NCBI GenBank assembly: GCA_963788655.1
Contig: CAWBHS010000072.1
Location: forward strand, 320,001 to 384,000
DNA length: 64,000 nt
Reading direction: 5' to 3'
DNA from: an uncultured Verrucomicrobiae bacterium
Lineage (GTDB): Bacteria > Verrucomicrobiota > Verrucomicrobiia > Limisphaerales > JAFGQR01
Shown here: one piece after another, positions 31,485 to 39,926 of the stretch
How positions within the stretch are numbered: position 1 is the stretch's first letter
Layout: each line of letters begins with the position of its first letter
Program-made: the position numbers and the translations under genes
The notes under the pieces: generated by a model
Told to the model about the DNA's origin: nothing
Seen by the model: the letters and a program-made list of their open reading frames with translations, nothing else
Database searches by the model: none

Positions 31485-34400
31485 AGTTGAGAGGTTTGAC
31501 TGCACAGGTACAGATTGGCTCGGTGAAGACCGCGAAGTCCCAGGGACAATCCATCGCCCGCCCGCCCGCGCGGGCCCGCCGGATTTTGCGGGTGGGTCTC
31601 CGGTGGGGGTGCATTCTCTTGGCGATGAGCTTGTTGGTGGTGCTCGTGCTGGGGTATTTCCTTAATCGGGTCGGTTTGCCAAAACCCGCCAAACAATGGC
31701 TGATCGGCGAACTGCGTCAGCACGGATGGAACGTGCAGTTCAGCCGGTTGCGATTGCGCTGGTCGCGGGGTCTGGTGGCGGATGATCTCCAACTGCAACG
31801 CACGAACCGCAACGAGGGACCGCAAATCTTCGTCGAGGAAGCCCAATGCGCGTTCAATCACGCGGCGCTGGCCCATTTCAAATTTGTCCCCACCAGCCTT
31901 AATCTGAAAGATGGCCGCATTACCTGGCCGGTGTCACGGACGGGAAAAACGCGGCGCTATCTCGACATTCGGGGTCTGACCGGCGCATTGCAGTTGAATC
32001 CGGATGACACATGGAAGCTCAAAGGCTTGCAGGCCGAATATCGCGGGCTGCACTTCCAAATCAGCGGCACCCTCACAAATGCCTCCGCGCTCCGCGATTG
32101 GCGCTTTGCTCGGAAACCCAGCGCTGGTCCAGGAAAGATGGAAGACTGGCTCGACCGAATCGAGGCGATCGCGCGGCAAGTGTCCGTGGCCGGCACGCCG
32201 GAGCTGGAGCTCGTGGTTCATGGCGACGCCCGGACGTTCCAGGATTTCCATGCGGGCATCAGCTTGCGGGCGGCCGGATTTGCTTCACCCTGGGGCCGTG
32301 GCACGAACTTGATACTGTCCGCCAACCTCACGACCGCCCCGGATTCGAACAATACGGCGCACGCGTTTCTTCGATTATCCGCGGAACAGGCGGACACACC
32401 TTGGGCGCAAGCCGGGCGGGTGGAGGTTGAATCCGACTTCGTCCCTTCATGGTCCGGCGTCATGCCCACCAACGCCGACCTCGAAATCCGGTTGCACACC
32501 GCGCGGACTTCGGTTGGGCAAGCCGAAGCCATTCGGCTCCAACTTCATTCCCGCCCAGCGGCGACCAACGTGGCCGTGCGGCAAACGGACTTCACGCTGA
32601 CGGCGGCGGCGCCGGTCAGTAAATGGGGCCGCGCCGATCAACTTCGGTTTACGGGGCAGTTGGCGCATTCGCCGACAAATTGGCTGCCGGCCTCCGAAAC
32701 GACGCTGCTGGTGGTGAACCAACTCGAAACGCGTTGGGGCCGCGCGGACGCGGTGCAACTGCACAGCCGGGGCGCCTTGGGATCAACGAATGCCCTGATC
32801 CGAACCAACCTGACCTGGCCCGAACGCCTGGCCGAGATTCCGTTCGCCGCGGACGGAACCATCACCAATCTCTCCACGTCCGAGGTGAACAGCGAACGCG
32901 CCACCTTTGCCGTTCAATGGCAGGCGCCGCGACTGCACTTGGAAACGACCGCGGAGTTGGACGGCCATCTTGATGCCCGGGTCGATCTCGACACGGCGAC
33001 CCGGCAGTTGCAGTTCCACGTGGCCAGCCGGCTGGCCGCCCAACGAATCGTTTCCTGGCTGGGCACCAACGCGCCTGCATGGCTGAAGGACTTCTCGTTC
33101 TCGACCCCGCCGCAATTCCAGGCCGATGGAAGTTTGGTGCTGCCGGCCTGGACCAACCGGCCGCCTGACTGGCAGGGCGCAGTGCTGCCCACGCTCGCCG
33201 CGGAGGCGCGATTCGATTTGGGCGAATCCCGGTTTCGCGAACTTGAGGTGCAACAGTTGCGGAGTGCCTGGGCTTGCACCAACGGGGTCATTCAATTGCG
33301 GCGCTTGCAAGTCACCCGGCCCGAAGGCGGGCTGGAGGCTTTGGGCCATTACGATTTGGCGACCGGGGAATTTTTTGTGCAGACCGAAAGTCAGTTGGAT
33401 CCGAAAATCCTGCAGCCCTTGTTTCATCATCCCAAGGCGCAGCGGGGATTCGACATTGTGCAATTTACTGAGCCGCCGCGGATTCGGGCGCAGATGTCTG
33501 GGAACCGCAAGGATTGGACCGGCTGGCACGGCTCCGGCGAGATTGCGGTGACCAATTTTGCCGTGAGAGGCCAGTCGGCCCGCGATTGCGTGGCCCGGTG
33601 CGTCTATACCAATCAGTTCCTGTCCGTGCTGTCGCCCGTAATTGAACGGGAGGGCGAAATCGCCACGGCGGATGGAATTGGGATCGATTTGCGCCGCAGC
33701 CTGCTTTACCTCACGAACATTGCCGGGAACTTGAATCCGTACGCCCTGTTGCGCGCCATCAACACGAAGACCGCGCAAACCATCGAGCGCTATCAGTTCG
33801 CCGTCATGCCGCAAATCTCCGGCGGCGGGGTGATCGGCTTGAAGGCGCGGGATCATGCGGAGAACGTCCATTTTCACGTTGCGGGTGGGCCGTTCCACTG
33901 GCACGTGTTCAACCTGACGAACCTGTCCGGCGATGTTTCGGTGGTGGGTGAGACGGTGCAACTTACCAACCTGGTCGGCGGCTTCTACGAAGGCCGCTTG
34001 GCGGGCAATGCCTGGTTCGATTGGAGCGGCACGAACGGCACGGATCTGGGATTTTTCATCACCTTGCAGAACGCCAGCCTGGCTTTGCTGATGAAAGATG
34101 TCAGCAGCCAGACCAATCACCTGGAAGGCCGACTCAGCGGTTATCTGGACGTGACCCACGCCAATAGCGATGATCCGAAAAGCTGGGAAGGTTACGGCCA
34201 CTTGGAACTGGTGAATGGCTTGATTTGGGATATCCCGGTCTTTGGCCTGGTTTCCCGGATGCTGAACCAGTTCGTGCCCGGCCTGGGTTACAGCCGCGCG
34301 AAAGAGGCGGTAGCGGATTACAGCATCACGAACAGTGTCGTCTTCACCAAGGACCTCGACATTCGCGCGACCGGCATGCGCATGCATTACAAGGGCACGG

Positions 34401-34699
34401 TCGGGTTTGATGAAACGCTGGATGCCCGGGTGGAAGCGGAGTTGTTGCGTGACCTGCCGGGATTTGGTTTTCTCTTTTCCACCGTCTTGATGCCGGTAAC
34501 CAAACTGTTCGTGCTGAAAGTCACCGGCACCTGGAACGATCCCGTGACCGAACCGTTGTACATTATTCCCAATTTGGTTTCGAAAATCATTCTCGTTCCG
34601 TTCCGCCCGTTAAGCACTTTCAAAGAAATGTTGGTGCCCGAAACCAAGCCGGAAAAGCCCAATCCCGCAGATAATCCGCCTCGCCCTAAACCGGAATAA
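31481..34699 (+). CDS. AsmA-like/YhdP-like envelope protein
   Basis: N-terminal TM, long beta-rich body, C-terminal G.V.FD..LDARVE and KVTGTW.DP segments. Confidence 0.7.
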   Translation: MKLRGLTAQVQIGSVKTAKSQGQSIARPPARARRILRVGLRWGCILLAMSLLVVLVLGYFLNRVGLPKPAKQWLIGELRQHGWNVQFSRLRLRWSRGLVADDLQLQRTNRNEGPQIFVEEAQCAFNHAALAHFKFVPTSLNLKDGRITWPVSRTGKTRRYLDIRGLTGALQLNPDDTWKLKGLQAEYRGLHFQISGTLTNASALRDWRFARKPSAGPGKMEDWLDRIEAIARQVSVAGTPELELVVHGDARTFQDFHAGISLRAAGFASPWGRGTNLILSANLTTAPDSNNTAHAFLRLSAEQADTPWAQAGRVEVESDFVPSWSGVMPTNADLEIRLHTARTSVGQAEAIRLQLHSRPAATNVAVRQTDFTLTAAAPVSKWGRADQLRFTGQLAHSPTNWLPASETTLLVVNQLETRWGRADAVQLHSRGALGSTNALIRTNLTWPERLAEIPFAADGTITNLSTSEVNSERATFAVQWQAPRLHLETTAELDGHLDARVDLDTATRQLQFHVASRLAAQRIVSWLGTNAPAWLKDFSFSTPPQFQADGSLVLPAWTNRPPDWQGAVLPTLAAEARFDLGESRFRELEVQQLRSAWACTNGVIQLRRLQVTRPEGGLEALGHYDLATGEFFVQTESQLDPKILQPLFHHPKAQRGFDIVQFTEPPRIRAQMSGNRKDWTGWHGSGEIAVTNFAVRGQSARDCVARCVYTNQFLSVLSPVIEREGEIATADGIGIDLRRSLLYLTNIAGNLNPYALLRAINTKTAQTIERYQFAVMPQISGGGVIGLKARDHAENVHFHVAGGPFHWHVFNLTNLSGDVSVVGETVQLTNLVGGFYEGRLAGNAWFDWSGTNGTDLGFFITLQNASLALLMKDVSSQTNHLEGRLSGYLDVTHANSDDPKSWEGYGHLELVNGLIWDIPVFGLVSRMLNQFVPGLGYSRAKEAVADYSITNSVVFTKDLDIRATGMRMHYKGTVGFDETLDARVEAELLRDLPGFGFLFSTVLMPVTKLFVLKVTGTWNDPVTEPLYIIPNLVSKIILVPFRPLSTFKEMLVPETKPEKPNPADNPPRPKPE

Positions 34700-34762
34700 C
34701 CTTGCCGCCAAAGGCAACTGCCAGTCCGAATGTCAGGAAGCAATTCTGCCCGCCGAACATAT

Positions 34763-34800
34763 CTACGAAGATTTTCGGACATCTACGAATGGGTTCGTAG
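34763..34800. promoter_or_regulatory. Tandem palindromic operator, likely bound by the adjacent BlaI-family repressor
   Basis: Perfect CTACGAA-TGGG-TTCGTAG (34783-34800) and imperfect CTACGAA-GATT-TTCGGAC (34763-34780), 20-bp period, about 30 bp upstream of blaI. Confidence 0.7.
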
Positions 34801-34831
34801 TGTGGGCCGTGTTTGATGATGCAAGTGGATT

Positions 34832-35221
34832 ATGCCGAAGCGGATTGTGCCTAAACCGACCGAGGGCGAACTGGCCATCCTGCAGGTGTTGGGGCGGCGC
34901 GGCCCCAGCACCGTCCGCGCAGTGATGGAGGAACTGAATCGTGTTCAGGAAACCGGCTACACGACGGTGTTCCAACTCATGCAGATCATAACTACCAAGG
35001 GCCTGGTCCGGCGCGAGGAATCGCAACGCACCCCTCTGTATGAGGCGGCCTTCAGCGAGGCGGACACCCAACGGCGATTGTTGGGAGACTTGTTGGATCG
35101 GGCGTTTAGCGGTTCCGCGCATCAATTGGTTTTGCAGGCGCTGGCCACGAAGAAAGCCTCGCCGGCGGAATTGGCGGAGATTCGCAAGCTGCTGGACACC
35201 CTCGAAGGAGGTGGAAAATGA
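34832..35221 (+). CDS. BlaI/MecI/CopY family transcriptional repressor
   Basis: PTEGELAILQVL..RGPSTVR, GYTTV..LMQI...KGLV.R, LLDRAFSGS. Confidence 0.9.
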   Translation: MPKRIVPKPTEGELAILQVLGRRGPSTVRAVMEELNRVQETGYTTVFQLMQIITTKGLVRREESQRTPLYEAAFSEADTQRRLLGDLLDRAFSGSAHQLVLQALATKKASPAELAEIRKLLDTLEGGGK

Positions 35222-35402
35222 CCGACTTCCACGATTTCCTATCCCATCCGTTGGTGAGACGGTTGGGGCGGACCTTGGTCCATTCTGTCTGGCAGGGAAC
35301 TTTGGTTGCGAGTGCCTTCATGCTGGGGCGGATGCTGATGACACGGACCTCCGCGAATGCCCGTTACTTCGCTGCCGTCAGCGCCTTGGGCTTGATGTTC
35401 GC
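35218..35402 (+). pseudogene. Truncated BlaR1/M56 peptidase N-terminus
   Basis: LGRTLVHSVWQG...SANARY matches the M56 N-terminus; similarity ends at about codon 61; no HExxH follows. Confidence 0.7.
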
Positions 35403-35496
35403 TCGATTAGGAGGCCAACGGACCACGGCGTCCGACTTGGAAGGTGTCACCGGATGTCCTGCATCAAGATGCACCGGTGGCGGGATTTGCAAGGCG

Positions 35497-36243
35497 TTAG
35501 GTTCGGCGAATCCAAGCGCATTCCAAGACGGGATTATCGAGGTGAATTCGGCCATGGCGCTGCCAGTAATCCAAGAAACGCTTGGACTCCACCGACCAGT
35601 GTGCCTGCTGTTTGGAGAGTATCGCGTAGCGTTCCCGCATTCGTTCAAGCACATGCGCATGCCATTTGAAATGGTGAATCCTGCCCTGCTCCGGGAATGC
35701 CGTGCCGTCGTTGATCCAATGTTGCCCCAAGCCTAATTGTTTATGTCCCCGCAACAGTATTACCTTCTGAACCAAACCACCCAAAATGCGTTCGGTGAAT
35801 CGCACCACGCACGGGTACTGGTGCCAGAGGTTTCCCGGCGCCACGGGAGGCAGTGAACCGTCCTCGGCCACGCGATCATACATTTGTCCCCAGAGGTAAT
35901 CGTAATCGTGGCGCTCCGCTTCGCCCAGCAATTCCGGCATAGACCGCGGGTATTCATGGAATTCATCGAGGTCCGCCACGGCCCACCATTCAGTGCGCCC
36001 GACATGCTTCTCCGCGAGTTGCTGCTTGCACGTGGTTTCCAACCGGCTGGAGTATTCCCCGGAATACGAACGCACGCAGACGCAGGAATACCCTTGAACG
36101 GACTTCTGAATCTGGCGCCAACACGGACTGCGGCGTCCCTCATGCACGCCAATGAAGAATTGATCCATGCCCAGTTGCCGGTAGTGATCCAAAAAATGCG
36201 GGAGCAACTCGGCGTGACGGTAAATCGTCGTGATAATTTTCAT
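35497..36243 (-). CDS. GT-A fold glycosyltransferase (family 2-like)
   Basis: LLPHFLDHYRQLGMDQFFI, WWAVADLDEF, MYDRVA, IHHFKW. Confidence 0.75.
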   Translation of the reverse strand: MKIITTIYRHAELLPHFLDHYRQLGMDQFFIGVHEGRRSPCWRQIQKSVQGYSCVCVRSYSGEYSSRLETTCKQQLAEKHVGRTEWWAVADLDEFHEYPRSMPELLGEAERHDYDYLWGQMYDRVAEDGSLPPVAPGNLWHQYPCVVRFTERILGGLVQKVILLRGHKQLGLGQHWINDGTAFPEQGRIHHFKWHAHVLERMRERYAILSKQQAHWSVESKRFLDYWQRHGRIHLDNPVLECAWIRRT

Positions 36244-36300
36244 GCCGCGAGGCGTTGCCACAGGACATGCAATATGGCAATCAATGCCTTTCGAGTTCGG

Positions 36301-39300
36301 TTATTCCAAGTGGCGCTTTTGCAGTTCAAGTATTTCTTGTCGCAGGTGGGCAAGGTGTTGGGCTTGCTCAGCATTGCCCGATGACGTGTTCTGCAATCGG
36401 TCCAAATGAAACAATGCAGCGTTCCATTGTTGATGATCCATGCAGGCGTGAACTTGATTCTCGTGCCACGTCGCGAGTTCGGTTGGCGAAACCACAAATG
36501 CATCCGGGCAGCGGACGCGTAAGGACTCCCATCTTTGGTGGAGGGAGACTCGGCCGCCTGGCGCATTAGCTTCATTGCTGGTTGCAAGGGTGATACCGGT
36601 TTCCAGATCCGCCAGTTGGCCTAACTCGTCCGCTGTCTCATGGGCGAAAGGCAGTTTCAGGATGGCGGCTCCCCCGTGGTTATTAGCAGTGAGCAAGTAG
36701 CGGTCGTCCCCTGCGAATTGAACGCGTAACGCTAAAAAACCAATCGGCACCGGTGGCGTGATTGGTCGGCTCGTTGCTATGTCCCAAATCCGGGCCGTTT
36801 GGTGGCCGCACACCGTTACCAGCCATTGGCCGTTCTCGCTGAACGCCGCCCCGTAAACTTTCGATTTATGTTGCAACGGCATGGTGATGGGTTGTTTGGT
36901 GTCGGCGTCCCATACCATTGCTGTGAAGTCTTCCCCGGTGGTTACGAGGCGTCGCCCGTCGTCACTGAAGGCAACGTAGAGCACTCCGTCTTTGTGCGGC
37001 AGCGGCGGCCCAACGGATTGTCCATTACGGGTGTCCCAGACCTGTGCGACGCACTTGTTCAAGCCGTTATCCTGCGTGCCGGTAACCACCTGCTGTCCAT
37101 CGGGCCGAAATTGAACACACCACACTTCCTTGGAATGAAGGAGCGCCGGACAATGGAGCGCTCCGGAGTCAACCTCCCAAAGTTGGACCGAACGGCCGCA
37201 AACCGTCAGCAAAATGTGGCTGTCGGGACTGAACACGGCGTTGCTGATCGCGGCGGCCGTGTGTATCGGCGGCAAAGAAGGCTGTCCGGTACGGGCATCG
37301 TAAAGCTGCGCGGTCTGGTCGCTATACACCGCAACGTGTTGGCCATCCTCACTGAGGAGCACGCCCGTGCCAGCGGCTGCAATTGGGATCGGGGGCGAGA
37401 GTTTTTCTCCGGTCCTCACGTTCCCAACTTGAACGAGGTTTGACGCACCATTCATTCCCGAAGCGATTGAATATCGGGCAAGGATATAGCTGCCGTTTCG
37501 CGAGAGACTTGTCGTTTGCACCGGCTGAGGCAAATCAAGCGTCGGTTGGAAGGTGATCCCCGTGTTGACCTCCAGAATCTGCACTGTGTTGGACTGCCAC
37601 GTTAGCAGTTGGCCACTTGGCGAAATCGACGCGGGATGGATTTCCCGTCGCGCAGTGGCGCAGCCTGCCAAATCCCACACCCGGACGGTGCCGTCAGCGC
37701 AGGCCGACACGATCCGATGACTGTCCGGGTCGAAGGCCGCGTGGATCACTCCGCCGGAGTGTTTTAACATCGGGTGCCCGCGAACCGGTTGGCGGGAATA
37801 GGTATCCCATACCCGCACGGTTTTGTCAAAGCTCGAGGTGACGATCCAGCGGCCGTCTGGACTGTAATCGACGCTGGTGATGCCATCGTCGTGTTTCAGC
37901 GGCGGCGGCAATTCTTCACCGCTTTCCACTTCCCAAATCCGCGCGTTACGATCGTACGACGCGGTCACAATAAACCGGTCATCCGGACTGAAGGCTGCCC
38001 CGTAAACCCAGTTGGGATGTCGTAGGGGAGGGGCGGCCAGGTTGCCAGTGGTGGCGTCCCAGATCAAGGCAGTGTGATCGATGCTACAGGTCACAATCCG
38101 TCGTCCGTCATGGCTGAAGGCCGCATAGAGAATGAGGTCGGTGTGTTTGCGTAACTCACGCGCCAGCGTTCCGGTGTGAGCATTCCAGAGGTATGCGAGG
38201 TGATTGTTGCAAGCCGTCACCACCCATCGGTCGTCCGGGCTGAAGTGGGCGTTCTTGACTCGCGCGGGATGGGGTAATTGCCGGATGCGTTCGCGCGTCT
38301 GAGCATTCCAAATTGTCGCGGTTTTGTCCCAACCAGCCGTCACGATCCAAGTGCCGTCATGGCTAAACGAGGCGGTTTCCAGTCCGGGACCCGCCCCAAA
38401 CGGTGGGCCAACCGGTTGCCCCGAAGCCAGGTTGCAGATACGGGCTCCTCGGCGTTGCATGCTAATCAAGACGCGCGTCCCATCGGGGCTGAATTCAACA
38501 TCGTTGGCCGCCTCGTCCATGACCCACAAATGGGTCAGTTTGGGACAGGCGTCCAACACCGTGCCCAGCCGCAGCCGATGGGCAGGATCGTGTAGGCCGG
38601 GCTCCAGTTGCCAGGCCGCCGCAAAGGCCGGCAGCGAACTCAGAAAATCGCCGGCGTCCACGTCATGGATGCCATCAGCAATCATGCCGCCAATCTCCCG
38701 CTGTCGCATTTCGGCCGCGTGCTGGATTTCTCGATTGACAGCAACCCCCACAGCGAGCGCCACGCATCCCGCCACGGCGGCACCGATGCCAAGTCGCTTG
38801 GCCTTGGCCAGACGCTGCTCCAACCAATGCAGCCGTTTGATGGACTTGCCCTTGGACAACGCAAACAGGTCGGCGTGCAGATCGTGCGCGGTGGCGTAGC
38901 GCTCGGCCCGCTCCGGTTGGCAGGCCTTAATGATGATCTCATTAAGCTCAAGGCATTCCTCCGCATCCGGCCAAGTATTCAGCGCTCGCGGCAGCTCGGG
39001 GAATTCCTGCCGGTCCAAGCCCGTACTCAGTTCATAGAGCACTTTGCCCAGACTGTACACGTCCGCCTGAAACGTACCGGGGCCTTCCGGCGGAATGAAA
39101 CCCGTCGTGCCTACGTAAGTACGCGCCTCTTTAAGCGTGCGGACCAAACCGATGTCCGCCAACTTGGGCGTTCCGCGCACAAAGATGATGTTGGACGGCT
39201 TGATGTCACGATGCACCAATTCATGCCGGTGCAGATGATCAATGGCTTCGCTCAATCGCAAGCCCAGCGCGACACACTCGTTGGCCGGCAACCGGCCGCG

Positions 39301-39723
39301 CCGGGCTAGTTCGTCCGCCAACGTCTTGGGCACGTATGTCTCGGGATTCGGTACCCCACCAGGCGGACCGTCTTTTCGGTCGTCACCCAATTCCATTACG
39401 TAATAAAAAAAACCGGCCTGTTCATCCCGGCCGACTTGCAGCACGTCCACCAATCCGTCGTGCGAGCGCGAAATGGGTTCGAAGTTTTTGATGCCCTCAT
39501 ACTCCCGTTCCGCAAGTCGATCGGGATCTTGCTCATCCCAGACAACCACTTTGACCGCGCGCGACGTTCCCAAGCGGTTTAGCGCAAGCCAGACGGTACC
39601 ATAGCTTCCCTGGCCAATGCGACGCAGCACCTCGTGCTCCGGGATGTGCGGAATCAGGGGAGCAGCGTCCGTGGAAACGGTGTTGCCGGTTGTCTTGTGC
39701 TCTGAATCTTCGCGACTATTCAT
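36301..39723 (-). CDS. Ser/Thr protein kinase with a TM-like segment and WD40 repeats
   Basis: IGQGSYGTVW, AVK, HRDIKPSN, DIG in place of DFG, DVYSLG; many FSPDG..IVT.S.D.TARIW repeats. Confidence 0.92.
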   Translation of the reverse strand: MNSREDSEHKTTGNTVSTDAAPLIPHIPEHEVLRRIGQGSYGTVWLALNRLGTSRAVKVVVWDEQDPDRLAEREYEGIKNFEPISRSHDGLVDVLQVGRDEQAGFFYYVMELGDDRKDGPPGGVPNPETYVPKTLADELARRGRLPANECVALGLRLSEAIDHLHRHELVHRDIKPSNIIFVRGTPKLADIGLVRTLKEARTYVGTTGFIPPEGPGTFQADVYSLGKVLYELSTGLDRQEFPELPRALNTWPDAEECLELNEIIIKACQPERAERYATAHDLHADLFALSKGKSIKRLHWLEQRLAKAKRLGIGAAVAGCVALAVGVAVNREIQHAAEMRQREIGGMIADGIHDVDAGDFLSSLPAFAAAWQLEPGLHDPAHRLRLGTVLDACPKLTHLWVMDEAANDVEFSPDGTRVLISMQRRGARICNLASGQPVGPPFGAGPGLETASFSHDGTWIVTAGWDKTATIWNAQTRERIRQLPHPARVKNAHFSPDDRWVVTACNNHLAYLWNAHTGTLARELRKHTDLILYAAFSHDGRRIVTCSIDHTALIWDATTGNLAAPPLRHPNWVYGAAFSPDDRFIVTASYDRNARIWEVESGEELPPPLKHDDGITSVDYSPDGRWIVTSSFDKTVRVWDTYSRQPVRGHPMLKHSGGVIHAAFDPDSHRIVSACADGTVRVWDLAGCATARREIHPASISPSGQLLTWQSNTVQILEVNTGITFQPTLDLPQPVQTTSLSRNGSYILARYSIASGMNGASNLVQVGNVRTGEKLSPPIPIAAAGTGVLLSEDGQHVAVYSDQTAQLYDARTGQPSLPPIHTAAAISNAVFSPDSHILLTVCGRSVQLWEVDSGALHCPALLHSKEVWCVQFRPDGQQVVTGTQDNGLNKCVAQVWDTRNGQSVGPPLPHKDGVLYVAFSDDGRRLVTTGEDFTAMVWDADTKQPITMPLQHKSKVYGAAFSENGQWLVTVCGHQTARIWDIATSRPITPPVPIGFLALRVQFAGDDRYLLTANNHGGAAILKLPFAHETADELGQLADLETGITLATSNEANAPGGRVSLHQRWESLRVRCPDAFVVSPTELATWHENQVHACMDHQQWNAALFHLDRLQNTSSGNAEQAQHLAHLRQEILELQKRHLE

Positions 39724-39926
39724 TGAGTCAGGCCGTCAGGATTTTACCTATCAGGCCACTCACCCAATCCGCCCGACCGTCTGCCCATGTTGCGTCACCA
39801 AGCGGCTCAGTTGGCCGACTGATTGTCAGCAGTTGGGATGCACCTCTTTCTACGTTCTCCTGTCGCCTGATGGCAATTCTTTTTTTGTCCCAAACCTCTG
39901 GAACATGCTGATCCCCATCTCCGGTG

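Noticed and set aside
29778..34387. Long antisense ORFs (for example 29778..31052, 32783..34387, and similarly 45003..46517)
   Set aside because: Shadow frames of GC-rich genes on the opposite strand with no recognisable motifs
35403..35736. C-terminal part of ORF 35218..35736 as real protein
   Set aside because: It overlaps the convergent glycosyltransferase antisense and loses M56 similarity
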